Shown here: one piece after another, positions 18,410 through 28,200 of the stretch | How positions within the stretch are numbered: the first letter of the stretch is position 1 | How the letters are laid out: each line of letters starts with the position of its first letter | NCBI GenBank assembly: GCA_964427405.1 | Contig: CAYRUB010000003.1 | Span: 946-64,945 of the forward strand | Direction: 5' to 3' | Source of the DNA: an uncultured Planctomycetales bacterium | GTDB taxonomy: Bacteria; Omnitrophota; Gorgyraeia; Gygaellales; Profunditerraquicolaceae | Length of the DNA stretch: 64,000 nucleotides | Notes under the pieces: generated by a model | Told to the model about the DNA's origin: nothing | Databases searched by the model: none | Seen by the model: only the letters and a program-made list of their open reading frames with translations | Translations under genes and position numbers: made by a program

Positions 18410-19456
18410 TCATAGTTGCCTAAATTCTTCCCTGTTTTTCACTTTAGACATAGCCATATCCAAAGTAATCAAGCCTTTCTGTTGCAATTCTTTCAGGGAT
18501 TTATCCATAGTATGCATACCATGCTGTGAACCCGTCTGCATCAAAGTAGGGATCTGTTCAATTTCCTGTTCACGGATAAGATTACGGATACCCGGAGTAG
18601 CTACCATAACTTCAGTACATAAGACCCTCCCTTTACCGGAGGCATGCGGTAAAAGAAGCTGGGAAACTACCCCTTGTAAACAATCAGAAAGCTGCATCTT
18701 AACCTGCTGCTGCTGATGCGGAGGAAAAACATCGATAATCCTGGCAACAGTCTGCGGCGCATCGGGCGTATGCAGGGTTGCCAAGACAAGATGCCCGGTC
18801 TCGGCGGCTGTTAAAGCCGTCGAGATAGTTTCCAAATCACGCATTTCACCCACCACAATGACATTGGGATCCTGGCGTAAGGCATGACGCAGTGCCTGCG
18901 CAAAAGAATGCGTATCCGCATAAACCTCGCGTTGCTTAACTACGCTTTTTTTATTAGTAAAAATAAACTCAATCGGATCCTCAATACAAGTAATCAAGCA
19001 CTCCCTCTCGCTATTTATATGGTTGATCATTGCAGCCAAGGTAGTAGTTTTACCCATGCCCGTAGGTCCGGTTACCAAGACTAAACCATTGGGCTTATTC
19101 GCCAAATCAAGTACAATCTGCGGTAAGCCTAGTTTTACAACATTGGGTATCTCTAAAGGAATACGGCGAAAGGCACCCTCCACGCTGCCTTTTTGTGTAT
19201 GAATATTTACCCGGAAACGGTCCAGGCCAGGAAGGGCGAGCGAAAAATCAAGTTCCAACTCACGCTCAAAGATCTCTTTCTGCGAATTAGAAAGTACACC
19301 GTAAATCATTTTTTTTAATTCCTGTTTATTTAATTTTTCCAGCTCGGTACGCGTTAGCCTGCCATCAACGCGCAGAATTGGAGGTTCATTTTCCGTAATA
19401 TGTAAGTCCGAGGCGCCTTTCTCAATACACATCAAAAGCAAATCACGAATTTCCAT
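18410..19456 (-). CDS. pilT: Type IV pilus retraction ATPase PilT (orphan)
   Basis: 348 aa; Walker A GPTGMGKTTT, PilT/PilU secretion-ATPase fold and size; no other pilus genes in window. Confidence 0.8.
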   Translation of the reverse strand: MEIRDLLLMCIEKGASDLHITENEPPILRVDGRLTRTELEKLNKQELKKMIYGVLSNSQKEIFERELELDFSLALPGLDRFRVNIHTQKGSVEGAFRRIPLEIPNVVKLGLPQIVLDLANKPNGLVLVTGPTGMGKTTTLAAMINHINSERECLITCIEDPIEFIFTNKKSVVKQREVYADTHSFAQALRHALRQDPNVIVVGEMRDLETISTALTAAETGHLVLATLHTPDAPQTVARIIDVFPPHQQQQVKMQLSDCLQGVVSQLLLPHASGKGRVLCTEVMVATPGIRNLIREQEIEQIPTLMQTGSQHGMHTMDKSLKELQQKGLITLDMAMSKVKNREEFRQL

Positions 19457-19470
19457 ACACCCCCCTTTAT

Positions 19471-20727
19471 TTAAAAGTAGATTCTTGGATCGCTTATATA
19501 ACCCTTAAGCGCTGAAGCGGCAACCGTAGCCGGAGAAGCTAAATATATAAATGCCGAAGGATTTCCCATCCTGCCTTTAAAATTACGGTTGGCAGTTGAA
19601 ATAACCGCTTCCCCATCGGAAGGCACACCATTATGCGTACCCACGCAAGGCCCGCAGCCGGGCCCGACAATAGCCGCGCCGGCCTTAATAAATATATCAA
19701 TTAACCCCAAACTTAAAGCCTCCAGATAAACCTCACGAGAACTCGGAGCAATAATCATTTTTACCTGCGGGCAAACTTTGCGCTTATTTAAAACTTTTGC
19801 CGCTGCCTTAAAATCATCTATCCGGCCATTGGTACAAGTACCTAAAAAGGCTTCACCTATTTTTATTTTTTTTAAAGCGGACGCCTCGGCGGTATTATCT
19901 ACGCTATGCGGCATAGAAACCATAGGCTTAAGCCTGGAGACATCAAATTCATAAACACTTTCATAAACCGCTCCTTTATCCGCGGCGATATGTTCAATAT
20001 GTTTATCCTTGCTAATCCTTGATTTAAGCCAAGCAAGGGTTTTTTTATCAACAGGCATAAACCCAGCCTTGGCCCCCAACTCAACTAACATATTAGAGAT
20101 AGTAAAACGGCCGTCCATTCCCATATTATCAATCACCGGACCGTAAAATTCAACTGCTTTGTAGGTTGCTCCATCACTTTTCAGCCTGCCGATTATATGC
20201 AAAATTATATCTTTAGCAAAAACCCCTCTCGGCAACTTACCCTTAATTACAATTTTAATGCTCGCAGGTACCTTAAACCAGTTTTTCCCGGTAGCAAGAG
20301 TTATAGCTAAATCTGTGGAACCGACTCCCGTAGAAAATGCGCCTATAGCTCCGTAAGTACAAGTATGGGAATCAGCTCCTAAAACCAAATAACCCGGTAA
20401 GACATTTCCCGATTCAGGAATAACTTGATGACAAACCCCGCAGCCGATATCGAATATTTTAGTTTTAAAACCTTCGGAGAAATCACGCATCTTCTTATGT
20501 ACCCGGGAAACCCCTTCGCTGGGGGAAGGTGCGCTATGGTCAATTACCATGCAGAATTTAGTTTTAAAATCTTTGACCCCCAGCTCTTTGATCCGGTCAA
20601 TTATTATTGAAGAAGTGCCATCCTGGCCAAAGGCAAAATCCACCTTACATACCGCAAAATCTCCTGCGCGCAAACTCTTGCCCGAATGCCTGCTCAATAT
20701 CTTCTCCGCTACAGTCTGGGAGCTCAT
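19471..20727 (-). CDS. leuC: 3-isopropylmalate dehydratase large subunit, archaeal-type short form (or homoaconitase/aconitase-like)
   Basis: 418 aa; aconitase-family Fe-S ligands (GADSHTC, GTCTNGR, GPGCGPCVG). Confidence 0.75.
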   Translation of the reverse strand: MSSQTVAEKILSRHSGKSLRAGDFAVCKVDFAFGQDGTSSIIIDRIKELGVKDFKTKFCMVIDHSAPSPSEGVSRVHKKMRDFSEGFKTKIFDIGCGVCHQVIPESGNVLPGYLVLGADSHTCTYGAIGAFSTGVGSTDLAITLATGKNWFKVPASIKIVIKGKLPRGVFAKDIILHIIGRLKSDGATYKAVEFYGPVIDNMGMDGRFTISNMLVELGAKAGFMPVDKKTLAWLKSRISKDKHIEHIAADKGAVYESVYEFDVSRLKPMVSMPHSVDNTAEASALKKIKIGEAFLGTCTNGRIDDFKAAAKVLNKRKVCPQVKMIIAPSSREVYLEALSLGLIDIFIKAGAAIVGPGCGPCVGTHNGVPSDGEAVISTANRNFKGRMGNPSAFIYLASPATVAASALKGYISDPRIYF

Positions 20728-21899
20728 GATTTATCCACCCACTTTTCTATTCTATCCATGCCTTTTTTCAGCTCATCCATACTTGTAGCAAAGCTTATCC
20801 TTATATGGTCATCCATACCGAAACTTCCACCCGGAATAACGCTTACATATTCCTCATCAAGCAGACGTCTGGCAAAATCCATGGAATTAAGACCTGTTTC
20901 AGATATATCACAAAACATATAAAACGCCCCCTGCGGCAAAGTAAAACTTAATTTCTTAATCCCGCTTAAGCGGGCCGCCAAATAATCCCTTCTTCTCTGG
21001 AACTCTTGGCATAATTTAAGCGTGAAATCTTCAGGAGCGGCTAAAGCGGCCACTGCTGCTTTCTGGGCTATAGAGTTCGGATTGGAGGTTGAGTGATCCT
21101 GCAGGTTCGAAATGGCATTTGCCACATCGCTGGGAGCACCAAGATAGCCGATGCGCCAACCAGTCATAGAATGACTTTTGGATAAACCATTAACCGTAAT
21201 AGTCAGACCATAAATATCTTTGTTGAAGCTAGCGATTGATTCATGTTTTGCCCCGTCAAAGATAATCTTTTCATAGATTTCGTCACTAATCACAAAAATA
21301 TTCTTACTTACACATACCCTGGCAATTTCTTCAAGCTCAGAGCGGTTATAAACCGAGCCGGTTGGGTTTGAGGGGCTGTTAATAATCAACACTTTGGTTT
21401 TAGGAGTAATGTGTTTCTTAAGGTCAGTTACGGTGATCTTAAAATTATTGTCAGGGCTAGTTTTAATAAAACGCGGGGTTCCTTCGCAGAGATTGGCCAT
21501 TTCAGGGTAACTCACCCAATAAGGCAGGGGTATAAGTACCTCATCAGCCTTATTTAATAACACCATAAGCGCATTATAAATACTGTGCTTAGCCCCGTTA
21601 GAAACAATAATCTGATCGGGCGCATACTCAAGTGAATTATCTTTTTTGAATTTCTGACAAATAAGTTTTTTTAATTCGGGGGTGCCTGTGGTAGGGGTAT
21701 ACTTGGTAAATCCTGATTTTAAAGCCTCAACTGCCGCATTTTTGATAAAATCGGGGGTGTCAAAATCCGGCTCGCCGGCTGCAAAAGTAACTATATCCTT
21801 GCCTTCACTTTTAAGCTTTTTGGCTTTAGAGGTTATCGCTAACGTTGAAGAAGGATTTATCTTTTTTAAACGCTCCGCCAGCCTTGTATCTATTTTCAT
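20724..21899 (-). CDS. Aspartate/aromatic aminotransferase, class I PLP enzyme
   Basis: 391 aa; NPTG, SKSHSMTGWRIGY (PLP-lysine region) typical of AspAT Ib subgroup. Confidence 0.8.
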   Translation of the reverse strand: MKIDTRLAERLKKINPSSTLAITSKAKKLKSEGKDIVTFAAGEPDFDTPDFIKNAAVEALKSGFTKYTPTTGTPELKKLICQKFKKDNSLEYAPDQIIVSNGAKHSIYNALMVLLNKADEVLIPLPYWVSYPEMANLCEGTPRFIKTSPDNNFKITVTDLKKHITPKTKVLIINSPSNPTGSVYNRSELEEIARVCVSKNIFVISDEIYEKIIFDGAKHESIASFNKDIYGLTITVNGLSKSHSMTGWRIGYLGAPSDVANAISNLQDHSTSNPNSIAQKAAVAALAAPEDFTLKLCQEFQRRRDYLAARLSGIKKLSFTLPQGAFYMFCDISETGLNSMDFARRLLDEEYVSVIPGGSFGMDDHIRISFATSMDELKKGMDRIEKWVDKS

Positions 21900-21915
21900 A
21901 GAAGTTTTTCATTAC

Positions 21916-22494
21916 TTACAAAGAATCACTTTTCTTCCTGAATATGTTTCTGATACCTCCGATGAACTTCTTCTGAGGTTTTTTGTCCTTAGCCGGATTC
22001 ACTTTAACCGTCGGTTCCTGTTTCTTTTCCTCGACAGTTTCTACCTTAGTAGATTTTTCTTCAACTGTTTCATCTACAGGCTGAGTTGGCTGAGACTTGG
22101 TCTCTTTAGCAAGCTTGGCCTTTTTAGCGGCCTTTTTCTTTATTTCAGTAAGCTCAAAGATGACCATCTCGGCATCATCCCCTCGGCGTTTACCTAAGCC
22201 GATAATCCTGGTGAAACCGCTGTTACGCTTGGAAAAACGCGGCCCAATCTCATTAAAAAGAAGGCTTACTAATTTATGCTCACCTAAAACTTTCTGCGCT
22301 TGCCTGCGGGCAAAAAGTGTATTCACTTTAGCCAGTGTTATAAGTTTCTCGATCATCTGCCGGCTGGCCTTGGCGCGAGTCAAGGTAGTCTTAATACTCT
22401 GGTGAATAATAACATTTCTCGCCAGGCTTCTTATTGTTGCCTTATGCCAGCTGGTAAAACGGCTCAGTTGCAGTCTTTTTTTTGCGTGTCTCAT
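21916..22494 (-). CDS. rplQ: 50S ribosomal protein L17 with Lys/Glu-rich C-terminal extension
   Basis: N-terminal 120 aa match L17 (MRHAKKRLQLSRFTSWHKA...LITLAK); about 70 extra low-complexity residues at C-terminus. Confidence 0.9.
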   Translation of the reverse strand: MRHAKKRLQLSRFTSWHKATIRSLARNVIIHQSIKTTLTRAKASRQMIEKLITLAKVNTLFARRQAQKVLGEHKLVSLLFNEIGPRFSKRNSGFTRIIGLGKRRGDDAEMVIFELTEIKKKAAKKAKLAKETKSQPTQPVDETVEEKSTKVETVEEKKQEPTVKVNPAKDKKPQKKFIGGIRNIFRKKSDSL

Positions 22495-22499
22495 TTTAT

Positions 22500-23492
22500 T
22501 TAGCCCTTCTTTATTTTCTTAGGATCAATCTGCATGCCTAAAGTTACTCCCATGCCCATAAGCAGTTCCTGGATCTCGGTAAGGGATTTTTTGCCAAAGT
22601 TCTTAAAGTTGAGCATCTCTTCTTCACTTTTCCTAACCAGATCGGCAATAATTTTAATCCCCGCTTCCCTTAAACAGTTAGAACTTCTAACTGAAAGTTC
22701 GAGCTCAGAAATAGGCAACCTTAATTTTTCATAGAGGGCCGCTTCCTCTTTAGTCATCTCCGGCTCTTCTTCTGCGATATCTTCAGGGAGTTGCCCGAAA
22801 TTCACAAAGATATCTAAATGCCTTTGCAAAATATTAGAGGCATAAAGCAACGCGTCCTTTGGGCTGATACTACCGTTAGTCCAAATCTCAAAAATCAACT
22901 TATCGTAATCCGTTCGCTGGCCCACACGGGTATTTTCCACGAAATAGTTGATCTTCTTAACAGGGGTAAATATCGAGTCGACAGGAATAAAACCTACAAC
23001 TTTGTCTTCTTTTTTATTCAACTCTCCCGGAACATATCCTCTGCCGCGGGAAACTTCCATCTCGATATTAAGTTTCGTATCTTTGGTAAGAGTGGCAATA
23101 TGCAATTCAGGATTGACTATCTCAATCGTCTCATCCGCTTCAATATCCTTAGCCTTAACCTCTCCTTTTTTATCCGCTTTCAAATAAATTGTTTTGGGGA
23201 TCTTGGAATGAGAGTTTAATACCAGGCTTTTAATATTCAGGATTATCTCCGGGACATCCTCTAAAATTCCCGGGATAGTGGAGAATTCATGCGCGACACC
23301 TAAGATCTTAACTGCGCTCACCGCGCTTCCTTCTATTGAAGAAAGCAGGACTCTTCTTAACGAATTGCCCAGGGTTACGCCATAACCTCTTTCAAAAGGA
23401 GCCGCCATAAACTTTCCGTATGTATCCGTATATGTTGACTCATCACATTCAAGTTTTTTAGGAAACTGAAAATCTCTCCATTTTATACCCAT
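22500..23492 (-). CDS. rpoA: DNA-directed RNA polymerase alpha subunit
   Basis: 330 aa; NTD and CTD of RpoA; SD AAAGGAG upstream. Confidence 0.95.
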   Translation of the reverse strand: MGIKWRDFQFPKKLECDESTYTDTYGKFMAAPFERGYGVTLGNSLRRVLLSSIEGSAVSAVKILGVAHEFSTIPGILEDVPEIILNIKSLVLNSHSKIPKTIYLKADKKGEVKAKDIEADETIEIVNPELHIATLTKDTKLNIEMEVSRGRGYVPGELNKKEDKVVGFIPVDSIFTPVKKINYFVENTRVGQRTDYDKLIFEIWTNGSISPKDALLYASNILQRHLDIFVNFGQLPEDIAEEEPEMTKEEAALYEKLRLPISELELSVRSSNCLREAGIKIIADLVRKSEEEMLNFKNFGKKSLTEIQELLMGMGVTLGMQIDPKKIKKG

Positions 23493-23529
23493 TTATATTC
23501 TCCTTTATCTTTTATTCAGTAAAATTGAA

Positions 23530-23577
23530 CACCTTAAATCTTCTATCCAATGAAATCCTTGATGAATCTACAAGGAC
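23530..23577 (+). repeat. Family-B short hairpin repeat, copy 1
   Basis: CACCTTAAATCTTCTATCCAATGAAATCCTTGATGAATCTACAAGGACC in rpsD-rpoA spacer; shares TTAA(A)TC...GAAATCCTTG...CAAGG framework with copies at 18363 and 49221. Confidence 0.5.
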
Positions 23578-23606
23578 CTGATGATATGAAACTTGTAAAT
23601 ATCCCG

Positions 23607-24236
23607 TTATTTTGAATACAACTCAACGATTAACTGTTCCTGGATCGGCTGTTGAATATCGGTTTTCTCCGGAAGTCTCAAGACCTTACCTTTCATCTCT
23701 GCTGCTGAAAACTCAAGCCAGTTGGGAACAGTTCTATCTTTGGAAAGCTCCAGATTATCCTTAATTTTAATTTTAGGCTTATCCTTACACTTAATTTCAA
23801 CCAGATCATCTTTATCCACTAGATATGACGGGATATTGACTCTGCGTGAATTAACCGCGATCAGATTATGCCTGACAATTTGACGCGACTGCGAGCGTGA
23901 AATACCCAGCCCCATGCGAAAAACTACATTATCAAGCCTGCGCTCTAAAAGCTGCAAAAGCACCTTACCGGTTACGCCCTTGGTCTTTGAGGCAACCTCA
24001 AAATATTTACGGAATTGCCTTTCTAGCACGCCGTAAATTCTTTTTACTTTTTGTTTTTCCTTTAGCTGCATACCGTAATTAGAAAGTTTCTTCCTCCGGC
24101 CTTCTCCATGCTGACCCGGCGGGTATGCCCTTTTATTAGCCGGACATTTTTCAGTCTGACATTTAGTTCCCTTTAAAAATAACTTCTCGCCCTGTCTACG
24201 GCATAACCTGCAAACTGCACCAGTATAGCGACCCAT
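23607..24236 (-). CDS. rpsD: 30S ribosomal protein S4
   Basis: 209 aa; MGRYTGAVCRLCRRQGEKLFLKG. Confidence 0.95.
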   Translation of the reverse strand: MGRYTGAVCRLCRRQGEKLFLKGTKCQTEKCPANKRAYPPGQHGEGRRKKLSNYGMQLKEKQKVKRIYGVLERQFRKYFEVASKTKGVTGKVLLQLLERRLDNVVFRMGLGISRSQSRQIVRHNLIAVNSRRVNIPSYLVDKDDLVEIKCKDKPKIKIKDNLELSKDRTVPNWLEFSAAEMKGKVLRLPEKTDIQQPIQEQLIVELYSK

Positions 24237-24239
24237 AAA

Positions 24240-24629
24240 TTAGACTCTCCTTTTCTTCTTAGGACGGCAACCATTATGAGGAATAGGAGTTACATCCTTA
24301 ATTAAAGTTACCACCAAGCCTGCTGCCTGAAGTGCGCGGATTGCCGACTCCCTGCCAAAACCCGGCCCTTTTACATAAACTTCAACTTCTTTAAGCCCTA
24401 CCTCTTTAGCCTTCCTGGCGGCATCGGTTGCAGCCACCTGAGCAGCAAATGGGGTTGATTTTTTAGATCCGCTATAACCAACATTGCCCGGAGCGCTCCA
24501 AGCTATAACATTGCCCTGCTTATCGGTTATACTGATAATCGTATTATTAAAACTTGCCTGGATATGCGCAACGCCGCTGGTTATCCCTTTAGCAATCTTC
24601 TTCTTTTTAGCTTTCTCTTTTGTTGCCAT
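24240..24629 (-). CDS. rpsK: 30S ribosomal protein S11
   Basis: 129 aa; S11 family. Confidence 0.95.
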   Translation of the reverse strand: MATKEKAKKKKIAKGITSGVAHIQASFNNTIISITDKQGNVIAWSAPGNVGYSGSKKSTPFAAQVAATDAARKAKEVGLKEVEVYVKGPGFGRESAIRALQAAGLVVTLIKDVTPIPHNGCRPKKKRRV

Positions 24630-24645
24630 ATTCTATTTACTCCTC

Positions 24646-25059
24646 TTATTTACCAGCTGGTTTGGCAGTCTTCGCCGGTTCTGCCTTCTTAACTACTGCT
24701 GCCAGGTTAACTCTCTTTTTCCCTTTTCTAGTGCGCGAATTAGTGCGTGTACGCTGGCCCCTGACCGGGAGCCCTTTCTTATGGCGCATACCTCTCCAAG
24801 AACCAATATCCATAAGCCTTTTAATATTCTGGGATATATCGCGCCGCAGATCACCTTCAATCCTCAAACTTCCTTTTTGGAGGATATTGGTAAGACGCGA
24901 AACTTCTTCTTCACTTAAATCTTTTGCCCGCTTATCCGGGTTGATCCCAGCCTCTTTAAGCACGACATTAGAGAGCGCCCGGCCGATCCCGTAAAAATAA
25001 GTCAGGGCAATCTCAATTCTTTTCTCCTTAGGTATATCAATACCCATAATTCTTGGCAT
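24646..25059 (-). CDS. rpsM: 30S ribosomal protein S13
   Basis: 137 aa; [26 protein letters not shown]. Confidence 0.95.
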   Translation of the reverse strand: MPRIMGIDIPKEKRIEIALTYFYGIGRALSNVVLKEAGINPDKRAKDLSEEEVSRLTNILQKGSLRIEGDLRRDISQNIKRLMDIGSWRGMRHKKGLPVRGQRTRTNSRTRKGKKRVNLAAVVKKAEPAKTAKPAGK

Positions 25060-25066
25060 CTTAGCT

Positions 25067-25113
25067 CCTTACCCACAAAGGGTACACCGGCCACTTCCTT
25101 TTAGGCCGGGTGT
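25067..25113 (-). repeat. Family-A structured spacer element, copy 1 (GC hairpin ACACCCGGCC/GGCCGGUGU plus small ACCC/GGGU hairpin)
   Basis: Minus RNA ACACCCGGCCuaaaaggaaguGGCCGGUGUaCCCuuugUGGGU immediately 5' of the rpsM SD; related element at 30148-30193. Confidence 0.5.
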
Positions 25114-25125
25114 TTAAAAAAATAA

Positions 25126-25239
25126 TTAACCTTGTCTCTGTTTGTGTTTAGTAGTAACGCAGATCACCCGCACTACCCCTCTTCTTTTTATTATTTTACA
25201 CTTATCACAAATCTTACGAATCGACGCTTTAACTTTCAT
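25126..25239 (-). CDS. rpmJ: 50S ribosomal protein L36 (not in ORF track; found by hand translation)
   Basis: 37 aa [37 protein letters not shown], near-identical in pattern to bacterial L36 (C-x2-C-x12-C-x4-H zinc ribbon). Confidence 0.9.
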   Translation of the reverse strand: MKVKASIRKICDKCKIIKRRGVVRVICVTTKHKQRQG

Positions 25240-25241
25240 TG

Positions 25242-25460
25242 TTATCTCACCCTAAAAGTAATTCTCCCCCGGCTCAAATCATAAGGAGAAAGTTCTAATT
25301 TAACTTTGTCACCCGGAAGAATCCTGATAAAATTCATGCGCATCTTACCTGAAACATGCGCCAAAACTATATGCCCATTCTCCAGCTCCACCTTAAACAT
25401 AGCGTTAGGCAGTGCTTCAATTATTTTACCTTCTGTCTCAATCAGCTCTTCTTTAGGCAT
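25242..25460 (-). CDS. infA: Translation initiation factor IF-1
   Basis: 72 aa S1-like OB fold, IF-1 family. Confidence 0.95.
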   Translation of the reverse strand: MPKEELIETEGKIIEALPNAMFKVELENGHIVLAHVSGKMRMNFIRILPGDKVKLELSPYDLSRGRITFRVR

Positions 25461-25462
25461 CT

Positions 25463-26206
25463 TTACTCTGTTAGTACAACCGGTCCTTTATCAGTAACCG
25501 CTACCGTATGTTCAAAATGCGCTGAAGCCAGGCCATCTTTAGTTACCGCTGTCCAACCATTCCTGGCGATAAGGCATTCCCAACCGCCGATATTAACCAT
25601 CGGTTCAATAGCTAAAACCATCCCGTTTTTTAAAAGCGGGCCTAAACGCGCGGCTCCAAAATTGGGAATCTCCGGTTCTTCATGCAAGGCAGTTCCTATA
25701 CCATGCCCCACAAACTGCCTGACTACTGAAAACCCGTTCCCTTCCACAAAACTCTGGATGCTATGAGAAATATCGCTTAAATAATTACCCGGACGGGCCT
25801 GCTTAATTCCTATATCCAGGGCCTTCCTGGTTACCTCAATCAACTTTCTTTTGTTTTCATCCACCTTGCCCACCGGCAAGGTAATTGCCATATCTGAAAA
25901 ATAACCTTGATAATTCACGCCTAAATCTATACTGACGATATCCCCTTCTAAAATTATCCTTGGCTCAGGGATACCATGCACAATCTCCTCATTTACAGAA
26001 ACACAGGCTGTCGCCGGAAAACCCTTGTACCCCTTAAAAGCCGCCAGGGCATTTTCTTTAAGAATTAACTCTTCGCTCAGGCGGTCAATATCCAGGGTAG
26101 TAATTCCCGGACGTACACTTTTTCCTACCTTGCGCATAACAGCCGATAAAATCTGGCCGGAGCGCTTCAACATCTGCAAGTCTTTTTCCGATTTTAAGGG
26201 TATCAC
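25463..26206 (-). CDS. map: Methionine aminopeptidase type I
   Basis: 247 aa; pita-bread fold metal ligands (D, D, H, E, E). Confidence 0.9.
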   Translation of the reverse strand: MIPLKSEKDLQMLKRSGQILSAVMRKVGKSVRPGITTLDIDRLSEELILKENALAAFKGYKGFPATACVSVNEEIVHGIPEPRIILEGDIVSIDLGVNYQGYFSDMAITLPVGKVDENKRKLIEVTRKALDIGIKQARPGNYLSDISHSIQSFVEGNGFSVVRQFVGHGIGTALHEEPEIPNFGAARLGPLLKNGMVLAIEPMVNIGGWECLIARNGWTAVTKDGLASAHFEHTVAVTDKGPVVLTE

Positions 26207-26854
26207 TTAAACCTTAGCGCATAGCAAAGTAATCTGTTCCAGTACCTTAAACGCATCTAAATCCGCATCCAAGCTGTGCAGTTTATTTTGCTGATTATAA
26301 TACTTTATCAAAGAAGCAACTTCGTTTTTGTAAACTTCAAGACGCTTACGCACCGTAATTTCATTGTCATCAGAACGCTGATACAACTCTCCATGGCAGT
26401 TATCGCATAATCCGGATTCCTTAGGAGGCATATTCACCACATGGAAATTTGCCCCACACTTAGAGCAAACTAACCTGCCGGTAAGCCGCTTGATGATTAC
26501 CTCATCGCTTGTATTTAAATAAACCACTAAATCTACCGAAAGTTTCTTGCGAGCCAAAATCTCATCCAGGGTTTTAGCTTGGGGCAATGTCCTGGGGTAT
26601 CCGTCTAGAATAAAACCTTTCTTTATATCCGGATTATTGAAACGTTCATCAAGCATTGCCGCGACCATTTCATCCGGCACAAGCAGGCCTTTATCCATAA
26701 TACCTTTTGCCTGTTTGCCTAAAGCAGTACCATCCTTAACATTCTGCCTCAAGATATCCCCGGTAGATATATGCGGCAGACCCAACTTCTCTGCCAGTCT
26801 TTTTGCCTGCGTACCTTTACCTGCCCCCGGAGGGCCTAAGAGCACCAGATACAT
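26207..26854 (-). CDS. adk: Adenylate kinase (zinc-lid type)
   Basis: 215 aa; GPPGAGKGTQ P-loop; CSKCG...CDNCHGEL lid. Confidence 0.95.
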   Translation of the reverse strand: MYLVLLGPPGAGKGTQAKRLAEKLGLPHISTGDILRQNVKDGTALGKQAKGIMDKGLLVPDEMVAAMLDERFNNPDIKKGFILDGYPRTLPQAKTLDEILARKKLSVDLVVYLNTSDEVIIKRLTGRLVCSKCGANFHVVNMPPKESGLCDNCHGELYQRSDDNEITVRKRLEVYKNEVASLIKYYNQQNKLHSLDADLDAFKVLEQITLLCAKV

Positions 26855-28200
26855 TATCTTCTCCCCTTAATATGGCTGCTTTTTATAAAACCTTCATAAT
26901 GATGCGTCAGGAGATGCGACTCGATCTGCTTTAAAGTATCCAACATAACTCCGACAATAATTAAGACCCCTGTGCCTCCGAAAAACGATGCTACCAGGTA
27001 CGGCACCTTAAGCCAGGCCATAATAAAATCCGGAAAAATTGCGATTACCGCGATGAAACTGGCGCCGGCTAAAGTAATCCTGGTCATTACATAATCAAGA
27101 AATTCAGCGGTAGGCTTACCCGGACGTATACCCGGAATAAACCCTCCATATTTCTTCATATTCTCAGACAGGTCGTTAGGATTAAATACGATAGCGGTAT
27201 AAAAATAACAGAAAAAGATTATCAAAAGAGCATAAACTGTTGAATATAGCACCTGTCCGCGGATTAACCCCTGAGCCAGACGCTGAAAACCTGGATTCGG
27301 GATAAAAGATGCCAAGGTTGCCGGAAAAAGTATAATTGACTGCGCAAAAATAATAGCGATAACTCCGGAGGTATCAACCTTAAGCGGTATATATGTGCTC
27401 TGTCCTCCGTAAATCTTGCGCCCCACGATACGCCGGGCATATTGCACGGGGATCTTTCTTACTCCCTGCGTAATCATAATTACCGCAAACACAACCCCTA
27501 CCAGCAACAAAGCCATGATTAACAAAGTAATCGGCTGGATCTGCCTGCGGCTGGCAGCAAAAGGCGAAATCAAAACCCATAGCTGATTAAGAGCTGTAGG
27601 AATCCTTGAAATAATACCCGCGGTAATAACCAGAGATATGCCGTTTCCAATGCCACGCTCCTGAATCTGCTCTCCCAACCACATGATAAAGATCGTGCCG
27701 GTAGTAAGAGTCAAAACCGTCAGGATACGGAATCCCCAACCCGGATGCATAACAATTTGCAGCCCCTCAAAACGCGCCGGGTTTTCCAGCCATAAAGCAA
27801 TAAAATATGATTGCACAACCGAAAGAAAAACTGTGCCATAACGGGTAAACTGGTTGATCTTTTCGTATCCGGATTTACCCTCCTTAGCCATTTTTTCAAA
27901 GGCCGGAATAACCGCAGTAAGCAACTGCATAATAATAGAGGATGAAATATAAGGCATTATCCCCAGGGCAAATATAGTCAGACGCTCCATAGCGCCGCCG
28001 GAAAACATATTAATTATGCCAAAGAGCGTACCACCTTGAGTCTTAGAAATACGGTTAAAAAAATCCGCCAGCGCCGCGCCATCGATACCGGGAGTAGGAA
28101 TATAACAACCTACGCGGTAAATCGCGATAAGCGCACCTGTGATAATCAACCGCTTCTTTAGATCCGGGATCTTAAACGCATTAACCAGCGCGTTAAACAT
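26854..28200 (-). CDS. secY: Preprotein translocase subunit SecY
   Basis: 448 aa, 10 TM; SecY family. Confidence 0.95.
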   Translation of the reverse strand: MFNALVNAFKIPDLKKRLIITGALIAIYRVGCYIPTPGIDGAALADFFNRISKTQGGTLFGIINMFSGGAMERLTIFALGIMPYISSSIIMQLLTAVIPAFEKMAKEGKSGYEKINQFTRYGTVFLSVVQSYFIALWLENPARFEGLQIVMHPGWGFRILTVLTLTTGTIFIMWLGEQIQERGIGNGISLVITAGIISRIPTALNQLWVLISPFAASRRQIQPITLLIMALLLVGVVFAVIMITQGVRKIPVQYARRIVGRKIYGGQSTYIPLKVDTSGVIAIIFAQSIILFPATLASFIPNPGFQRLAQGLIRGQVLYSTVYALLIIFFCYFYTAIVFNPNDLSENMKKYGGFIPGIRPGKPTAEFLDYVMTRITLAGASFIAVIAIFPDFIMAWLKVPYLVASFFGGTGVLIIVGVMLDTLKQIESHLLTHHYEGFIKSSHIKGRR

